Source of the DNA: an uncultured Rikenellaceae bacterium
Lineage (GTDB): Bacteria > Bacteroidota > Bacteroidia > Bacteroidales > VadinHA17
Length of the DNA stretch: 64,000 nucleotides
Assembly (NCBI GenBank): GCA_964526345.1
Contig: CAZGKI010000009.1
Location: 2,425 to 66,424, forward strand
Reading direction: 5' to 3'
Shown: positions 58,801 through 64,000 of the stretch, piece after piece
Numbering within the stretch: the stretch's first letter is position 1
Layout: every line of letters starts with the position of its first letter
Made by a program: the position numbers and the translations under genes
The notes under the pieces: model-generated
The model's database searches: none
What the model saw: only the letters and a program-made list of their open reading frames with translations
Told to the model about the DNA's origin: nothing

Positions 58801-59413
58801 CAAAGAAAGCACGGAGAACAGACTGAAAAAGATCCTTGGAATTCATAATAATAGACTTACCTCGTATCAGCAAATAAGTCTTATGAGGATCCCAACATTC
58901 TGGCAACCGGTTGTTGAGCCATCATTTTTCGGGAAATATGTACGCTCGGCAGTTTATACCAGGGGTGGTACAGGTGACAAAACTGTAACCTGGTACACAG
59001 TTATTAAAAATCCCGGGTATTACGATATATACAGTTACATCGGAAAAAGTACCGATCGGATTATGGTAAGAGCCGGAGGGGCTGGACCTGGCGGAGCTGC
59101 CGGAGGAGGAGGCGGTGGCGGCCGGAGTGGTGAAGGCAACAGATCAGGTGAAGCTGCCGGCGCAGGAGGAGACGGAGGGCAGTCAAGAGGGCCAAGAGGG
59201 CAAATGGCTCAACCCTACAAAGAATTCCATTATCATGTTTATCATGAAAGCGGTGTTGAGGATATATCGCTTGATTATGAAAATGCTGAAAATGGCTGGA
59301 ATAAACTGGGAACATATTATCTCCAGGCTGATACTGCTAAAGTCGTTCTTTCAAATCTTACAACAGGAAGAGCTGTGATCGGAGATGCAGTCAAATGGGT
59401 AAAGCAGAAGTAA
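55871..59413 (+). CDS. 1180-aa ABC-2-type permease fused to an M1-aminopeptidase-like region (no HEXXH) and a C-terminal golvesin/Xly-CBD-like domain
   Basis: About 6-7 N-terminal TM helices; large soluble region (FSLNPALSV, AHWYP, LLPE); C-terminal IIVDNEDPGF...GYYDIYSY...GWNKLGTY...AVIGDAVKWVK; two Gly-rich inserts. Confidence 0.7.
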   Translation: MSAFHNISTVARYEAKTLRRSWFFRLFSIGAVFIFTLINIGMFSPVGGERWEVISISSSLPLINLYLLNIAQAIVVIFLAADFLKRDKKLDTNEVLYTRSMSNFEYVLGKSWGILRLFLSLDIIILGIGLIINIISKSMSVNIMAYFYYLLIITIPTIIFSLGLAFTLMSLIRNQAITFLILLGYAALDIFYLYFRAGSIFDYMAFGLPVFRSGMIGFDDLSVIVNQRLIYFFAGLSLIMATILLFKRLPQSKLHRVLTIIFMFAFLAGASICAYNTYSTYIKRVNDKNLVIETNREFESKRFASIIAASIEFIHDGDSFKATASMKITNDNSEPLDQYYFSLNPALSVSKISRGGKNLDFKKTNNIIDINPGRILNPGESDSVSFAYSGRINESFCYPNYSDNIKENPYRISMVNVNKRQAFLTRDYVLLTPEAHWYPVAGLNYYPSNPAQIKIDFINFILKVKTKNELLPVSQGEMKKEDGYYVFKSETPLTGLTLAIGNYLTDSIKVGSVRYISYHFSGNDYYKQDLEVLKDTLPLLISGLMTDLESNFSTKYPFRDLSFIEVPVQFYSYPKESTQTRAEVQPSMVLLPERLSTLNQAGFSKLFKQQKKRMTRSGQVITDKELDVRIFNSFMRSTFITGENFRFVNGMAANAPTRYLLGPSFYFFKNNFYSLEYPVINAVFESHLQKVNSPMTAGFQAATGNLTDNDKANLILKNLSFRELLAKSSGADTLNAVLTLKGDYLFNLIRSKAGIDEFKDWFARYIDNHQFKRVNIKNFNEDIKNKFGFEFYSYLNDWFYGKEQPGFLFTDLKATQIVVGDRSRYQVTFIVTDPEDAGGLFNISFRTVGAGGFGRGGGGGRGGGFGGGGFGGGGGRMQISFQGRGMEAADISKIVYTGPHESKKIGIVLDAQPRAMMVNTLFSKNVPGEITLPIDEINKSDNLTPEFSGEEILTSNPVSSDPNEIIVDNEDPGFIITKESTENRLKKILGIHNNRLTSYQQISLMRIPTFWQPVVEPSFFGKYVRSAVYTRGGTGDKTVTWYTVIKNPGYYDIYSYIGKSTDRIMVRAGGAGPGGAAGGGGGGGRSGEGNRSGEAAGAGGDGGQSRGPRGQMAQPYKEFHYHVYHESGVEDISLDYENAENGWNKLGTYYLQADTAKVVLSNLTTGRAVIGDAVKWVKQK

Positions 59414-59414
59414 A

Positions 59415-59456
59415 AGTTCAAGGTTCAAAGTTCAAGGTTAAACGTTTAAAGTCAGA
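59415..59456. repeat. Degenerate 7-bp tandem repeat (A/G)GTTCAA
   Basis: AGTTCAA GGTTCAA AGTTCAA GGTTAAA CGTTTAA AGTCAGA directly after the stop codon. Confidence 0.65.
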
Positions 59457-59472
59457 AGTAATCAATATAACA

Positions 59473-60963
59473 ATGAAAAAATCAATATTCCTTTTAAAAT
59501 GGGCATATCCCTTAATCCTGCTCCTTATGAATATTACTATTACAGATGTATCAGCCCAGACGGGTCTTACACTGGAGCAGGCTCTCTCAACAGCGGAAAC
59601 TAATAGTCCCACTATCATTAAGACCAGGCTTAATCTGAAAAGGAGCCAGGAAAATCTTAATGCCCAGAATGCAGCATTGAAATCAAATTTTTCTTTATCA
59701 ATTAATCCTATAAACTATGCTCAAAACAGGGCATATTATACCAATTCTGGTTTCAATACCACAAAGGATATACAAAGCTCAGGTTCTTTCACTATCAGAC
59801 AACCTATTTTGTTTTCAGATGCAACTCTCTCTTTGACTAACAACTTTAGCTATACCAATTCCATATTAAATGAACAGTTCCCGACTCAGGAAGGAGCTGT
59901 GTTCAATAACGATCTTTCCATTAACCTGACTCAGCCACTGTTTACTTATAACAGGACCAAAATGAGTCTTAAAGAACTTAAGTTGTCACTGGAAAATGCC
60001 CAGCTCAATTATGCAATTCAGCTGCTGGCGATGGAAAAAAATGTAACGCAGGCATTTTATGCCGTTTACCAGGCGCAGCAAAGCCTTGATATCGCAGATC
60101 AGGCTTATCAGAATATGCTAAAAAGTTATGAAATCTCAAAGAATAAAGTTAATGCAGGCATTTCAGCCCAGTCGGAAATGTTTCAGGCCGAACTGAACCT
60201 TGCCACTACTAAGTCGGATTATGAAAACAAACAGGTTGCATATGAAAATGCCAAAGATAATTTTAAGGACCTGGTTGGTATAACCCTGTATGATGATATT
60301 ATTGTTATTCCAAATATTAATGTGGATACTGTAAATGTAGATGTGGCATTTGCCATCGACCAGGGGCTTGCCAACAGAATGGAACTAAGGCAGAGTCAGA
60401 TCAGTATCGAAACAGCATATGATAATCTTATTCAAACAAAGGCACTCAATGAATTCCACGGAAGCCTTACTCTTTCTTTTGGGATTAACGGGAATAATGA
60501 GAACCTTAAAGATCTTTATTCCGACCCGAGAAATAATGAAAATGTTGGACTCTCTTTCAATATACCGCTTTGGGACTGGGGTGAAAATAAATCAAGAGTA
60601 AAGGCAACTGAGGCAACCATTGAGTCAGATAAAGTCGATCTCAATGTTGAACAGAACAACATTATATTAAGTGTCAGACAAAGCTTCAGGAATCTTAAAA
60701 ATCTTCAGAACCAGATAGAAATTGCACGTCAGTCGGTTAACAACGCACAGCTGACTTACGATCTTAACCTTGAGAAGTACAGGAACGGGGATCTGACAGG
60801 TATGGATCTCAGCATTTATCAGAATCAGCTCTCCGAAAACAAGCTTAACTACACAAATGCATTAATTTCATATAAACTGGAACTTCTTAACCTTAAAATA
60901 CAAACACTTTACGACTTTGAGAAAAAACAACCCGTAATTCCTGTAAAAACTCTACAACAATAA
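59473..60963 (+). CDS. TolC-family outer membrane efflux protein
   Basis: Signal peptide MKKSIF..., LTLEQAL, LTQPLF, FNIPLWDWG, LEKYRNG, TLYDF; start 59473. Confidence 0.88.
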   Translation: MKKSIFLLKWAYPLILLLMNITITDVSAQTGLTLEQALSTAETNSPTIIKTRLNLKRSQENLNAQNAALKSNFSLSINPINYAQNRAYYTNSGFNTTKDIQSSGSFTIRQPILFSDATLSLTNNFSYTNSILNEQFPTQEGAVFNNDLSINLTQPLFTYNRTKMSLKELKLSLENAQLNYAIQLLAMEKNVTQAFYAVYQAQQSLDIADQAYQNMLKSYEISKNKVNAGISAQSEMFQAELNLATTKSDYENKQVAYENAKDNFKDLVGITLYDDIIVIPNINVDTVNVDVAFAIDQGLANRMELRQSQISIETAYDNLIQTKALNEFHGSLTLSFGINGNNENLKDLYSDPRNNENVGLSFNIPLWDWGENKSRVKATEATIESDKVDLNVEQNNIILSVRQSFRNLKNLQNQIEIARQSVNNAQLTYDLNLEKYRNGDLTGMDLSIYQNQLSENKLNYTNALISYKLELLNLKIQTLYDFEKKQPVIPVKTLQQ

Positions 60964-60976
60964 AATCAAATCACCC

Positions 60977-62032
60977 ATGAAAAAGAGCTTAATAATAATA
61001 CTGGCAGCTGTTTTCACAGCCATCAGCTGCAAAAACCAGAATCAGAATCTTACTGCTGATGTTGAAATTCCCGTTTCTGTTCAGGAAGCCACTCCCAGGT
61101 CAATTGAGGAATATGTCAATACATCAGGAACAGCTTATCCTGTTGGCGATATTATAGTAAAATCGGAGATTACAGCCAATTATTTCCTGGAGAAAAATCC
61201 GCATACGGGTAAATTCTGGCGATTAAACGACAATGTTAAATCTGGTGATCTTATAGCCAGGCTTGAAGATAAGGAATATGTCAATTCCGTAAAGCTTGAA
61301 ACGAATGAACTTAATCTTCAGCTTACTGAAAGTGAGCTAAAAAAGCAGCAGTCACTTTATGAAAAGGGAGGCGTCACTCTTAACGATCTTACAACGGCAA
61401 GCATAAATAATGCCAATGCCAAAACAGCTGTGGAAACTGCACATCTTCAGATGGCAAAGATGAGGATCCTTGCACCCATTGAGGGCGTTATTGTTGATCT
61501 GCCTTATTATACACAGGGAACCAGAGTTAATACGGGTTCTAATATGGTCGAGATCATGAATTATAAGATGATGTATATGAATGTTCAGCTGCCTGAAAAA
61601 TATGTCTCTGTAATAAAACCTGATCAGAAAGTAAAACTTACAAATTATACTATCCCCGGCGATACCATTATTGGCAGGATAACCCAATTATCGCCTGCAA
61701 TAAATGCAGATACCAGAACTTTCCAGGGAAATATTATGATAGATAATCCAAATTACCTTCTCCGCCCTGGTATGTTTGTTAAAGCTGATATTGTTGTAAA
61801 CCATAAAGACTCCGTAATTGTAATTCCCAAGAGCATAATCCTCTCAAGGCAAAGAGGCAAGACAATTTTTGTTATCGACCGCAACGGACTGGCTTCTGAA
61901 CAGATTATCCAGACCGGCCTTGAAAACCTGACTGATGTTGAAGTCACCAGAGGCCTGCAAAAAAATGAACGTTATGTAACCAGTGGTTTTGAGACACTCA
62001 GCAACAGGTCGAAAGTTAAAATCATTAAATAA
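60977..62032 (+). CDS. RND efflux periplasmic adaptor (membrane fusion) lipoprotein
   Basis: Lipobox ISC, ILAPIEGVI, LRPGMFV, GLQKNERYVTSG. Confidence 0.9.
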   Translation: MKKSLIIILAAVFTAISCKNQNQNLTADVEIPVSVQEATPRSIEEYVNTSGTAYPVGDIIVKSEITANYFLEKNPHTGKFWRLNDNVKSGDLIARLEDKEYVNSVKLETNELNLQLTESELKKQQSLYEKGGVTLNDLTTASINNANAKTAVETAHLQMAKMRILAPIEGVIVDLPYYTQGTRVNTGSNMVEIMNYKMMYMNVQLPEKYVSVIKPDQKVKLTNYTIPGDTIIGRITQLSPAINADTRTFQGNIMIDNPNYLLRPGMFVKADIVVNHKDSVIVIPKSIILSRQRGKTIFVIDRNGLASEQIIQTGLENLTDVEVTRGLQKNERYVTSGFETLSNRSKVKIIK

Positions 62033-62037
62033 CAATT

Positions 62038-64000
62038 ATGGACAGGATTGCCCGCTTTGCTGTAAAATATCCGGTTACTGTTTTAATGCTGGTACTCGGT
62101 ATAATCCTTCTTGGGTTCATCTCTTTTGGAAAGCTGGGAACTGATCTCTTCCCCAACCTTAACAACCCGAAGATATATATTGAACTTTCAGCAGGTGAGA
62201 AGCCGCCTGAAGAAATCGAAAAAAACTATGTTGATCAGATTGAATCACTTTCAATGCGACAGAATGATGTTATACAGGTTTCTTCCGTTTCAAAAGTGGG
62301 AAAAGCCACTATAACAGTCGAATATGACTGGAAAAAGGATATGGATGAAGCATTTCTCGATTTGCAGAAGGCACTAAATACCTATAGTCAAAACGCTGAT
62401 CTTGACGAATTTAATATTTCGCAATACGATCCCAATGCAGACCCTGTAATGATTGTGGGCCTCAAAAACGATCGCATCACCAACCTTGATGAGATACGCA
62501 TTGTCGCTGAGAATTATATAAGGAATGAACTTGTAAGAATAGAAGGTGTGGCTGATGTTAAACTTACCGGCCAGGAAGAGAATGAAGTTGTAATTGAAAC
62601 AAACAAATACATTCTTGAATCGTTCGGATTGAGTGCCGATGTCGTGGCAGCACAGATAGCGAATTATAATAAGAATGTATCAGGAGGTTCCATTGTTGAT
62701 CTGGGACTTAAATATGTGGTCAAAGGTGTAAGTGTACTGGAGAACCTGACTGATCTCGAGAATATAATTGTAGGATTTAAGCAGGTTACGAGCCAGGCTG
62801 CTTCGACAGCTACTACCGGAACTTCAACTGCTTCAACTGAAAAAGTTCCGATATATCTGCGCGATATTGCAACTGTTAAATATGAAAATAAAGATCCCCA
62901 GAACATTGTTACAATAAATGGCGAACGATGTATCGGATTATCAATTTACAAAGAACCAAAGTACAACACTGTTGATGTTGTCAAGAGCCTGAATAAAGCA
63001 ATTACAGATCTTGGCAAAGCTCTGCCCGGATACGAGTTTATCAGGGTACAGGACCAGGGAAAATATATTCATAATGCGATTACCGAGGTACAGAATACAG
63101 CACTCTTAGGAATAGTACTGGCAGTATTTGTCATTTTTATATTTCTCAGAAGAATAGGGACCACTCTTGTTATAAGTATTGCAATCCCTATTTCAATAAT
63201 CGCAACTTTCAACCTGATGTATTTTAATCATCTCACTCTCAATATAATGACATTAGGCGGACTTGCCCTTGGCGCCGGAATGCTGGTCGATAACGCCATT
63301 GTTGTCCTTGAGAACATTACAAGGAACAGGGAGGAAGGTATGCCATTGAAGGAAGCTGTTATACAGGGTACTGGCCAGGTTGGTGGTGCAATTACCGCAT
63401 CAACCGTTACCACGATTGTTGTTTTTCTGCCAATTGTATATTTGCATGGCGCCTCGGGAGAAATGTTCAAGGATCAGGCATGGACTGTAGCGTTTTCTCT
63501 CCTTTCCTCACTCCTGGTCGCAATGCTTGTTATACCTATGCTCGTTTCCACTGTGTTTTCCGACAGGAATAATAAAAAGAATATTCACACTCCTCTGAAA
63601 TTTCATTGGTATAAAAGAACGCTTGAAAAGATAGTTGAGAAAAGATTTCTTATAATTATCCTTTCTCTGTTACTTATGGGGGCAACTGCTTTGCTTCTGC
63701 CACATCTTGGGAGTGAATTTATGCCCAAATCTGAGTCTGCAGAATTCACCCTGGAGCTAAAATTGCCCGAGGGTACAAGTCTTGAAAGAACTGCAAGCAC
63801 TGCATCAAAAGCCGAAGTAATTATCAGGGAACTGCTTGGCGATAAAGTAAAGATGATTTACAGCCAAACCGGTGCAGTGACTACTTCAACAATCAGTCAG
63901 TCAAGTATTAATGAAGGAGAAAACACTGCTTCACTGAAAATTACACTGACTGATGATTTTGCATCAAAAACAGACGAGGCTATAAGACTTGTTGAAAGTC
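62038..64000 (+). CDS. AcrB/AcrD/AcrF-family RND permease, 3' end outside the window (absent from the ORF track)
   Basis: ATG at 62038: MDRIARFAVKYPVTVLMLVLGIILLGFISFGKLGTDLFP...; later IAIPISIIATF, TLGGLALGAGMLVDNAIVVLENI, AITASTVTTIVVFLP; I saw no stop while reading to 64000. Confidence 0.93.
   Translation, partial: MDRIARFAVKYPVTVLMLVLGIILLGFISFGKLGTDLFPNLNNPKIYIELSAGEKPPEEIEKNYVDQIESLSMRQNDVIQVSSVSKVGKATITVEYDWKKDMDEAFLDLQKALNTYSQNADLDEFNISQYDPNADPVMIVGLKNDRITNLDEIRIVAENYIRNELVRIEGVADVKLTGQEENEVVIETNKYILESFGLSADVVAAQIANYNKNVSGGSIVDLGLKYVVKGVSVLENLTDLENIIVGFKQVTSQAASTATTGTSTASTEKVPIYLRDIATVKYENKDPQNIVTINGERCIGLSIYKEPKYNTVDVVKSLNKAITDLGKALPGYEFIRVQDQGKYIHNAITEVQNTALLGIVLAVFVIFIFLRRIGTTLVISIAIPISIIATFNLMYFNHLTLNIMTLGGLALGAGMLVDNAIVVLENITRNREEGMPLKEAVIQGTGQVGGAITASTVTTIVVFLPIVYLHGASGEMFKDQAWTVAFSLLSSLLVAMLVIPMLVSTVFSDRNNKKNIHTPLKFHWYKRTLEKIVEKRFLIIILSLLLMGATALLLPHLGSEFMPKSESAEFTLELKLPEGTSLERTASTASKAEVIIRELLGDKVKMIYSQTGAVTTSTISQSSINEGENTASLKITLTDDFASKTDEAIRLVES

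Noticed and set aside
62780-62845. Ser/Thr/Ala-rich stretch in the RND permease (TSQAASTATTGTSTAST)
   Set aside because: Falls in a periplasmic loop that is commonly variable in RND proteins; no further signal.

Overview
AT-rich chromosomal window from a Bacteroidota (Bacteroidales-like) bacterium. The assignment rests on TAnnTTTG -7 promoters, the lpxC-fabZ fusion, the purN/acpP-fabF-rnc, lptE-secG-groESL and rprXY arrangements, and a T9SS C-terminal domain. Most of it is housekeeping: gdhA (5' truncated), tatD, ansA, leuS, lepA, kdsB, sufBCDSE-sufT-queG, lpxD-lpxC/fabZ-lpxA. Accessory parts are (i) an osmotic-stress-like block (CLC-CBS, trehalose-P synthase/phosphatase, GH15, MscS) between two inward-facing tRNAs (Ser-GGA, Arg-CCG), (ii) two ECF sigma loci and a CarH-like MerR, (iii) tandem duplicated NhaD/IT-family transporters beside a FabX-like flavoenzyme, and (iv) an uncharacterised ABC ATPase + giant permease/M1-like/golvesin-like protein + TolC-MFP-RND operon that runs off the right end. 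No CRISPR array, integrase, transposase or prophage was found. The most interesting signals are non-coding. One is a ~85-nt sigma54-type small RNA whose 5' end is complementary to a CTAACCT-ATG-AAA-AAA start region. Another is a 60-bp mosaic repeat carrying three antisense copies of the tRNA-Ser 3' trailer. At least five other short palindromic or tandem elements are present, one apparently nested inside another. All family assignments come from motif recognition by eye; no searches were run.
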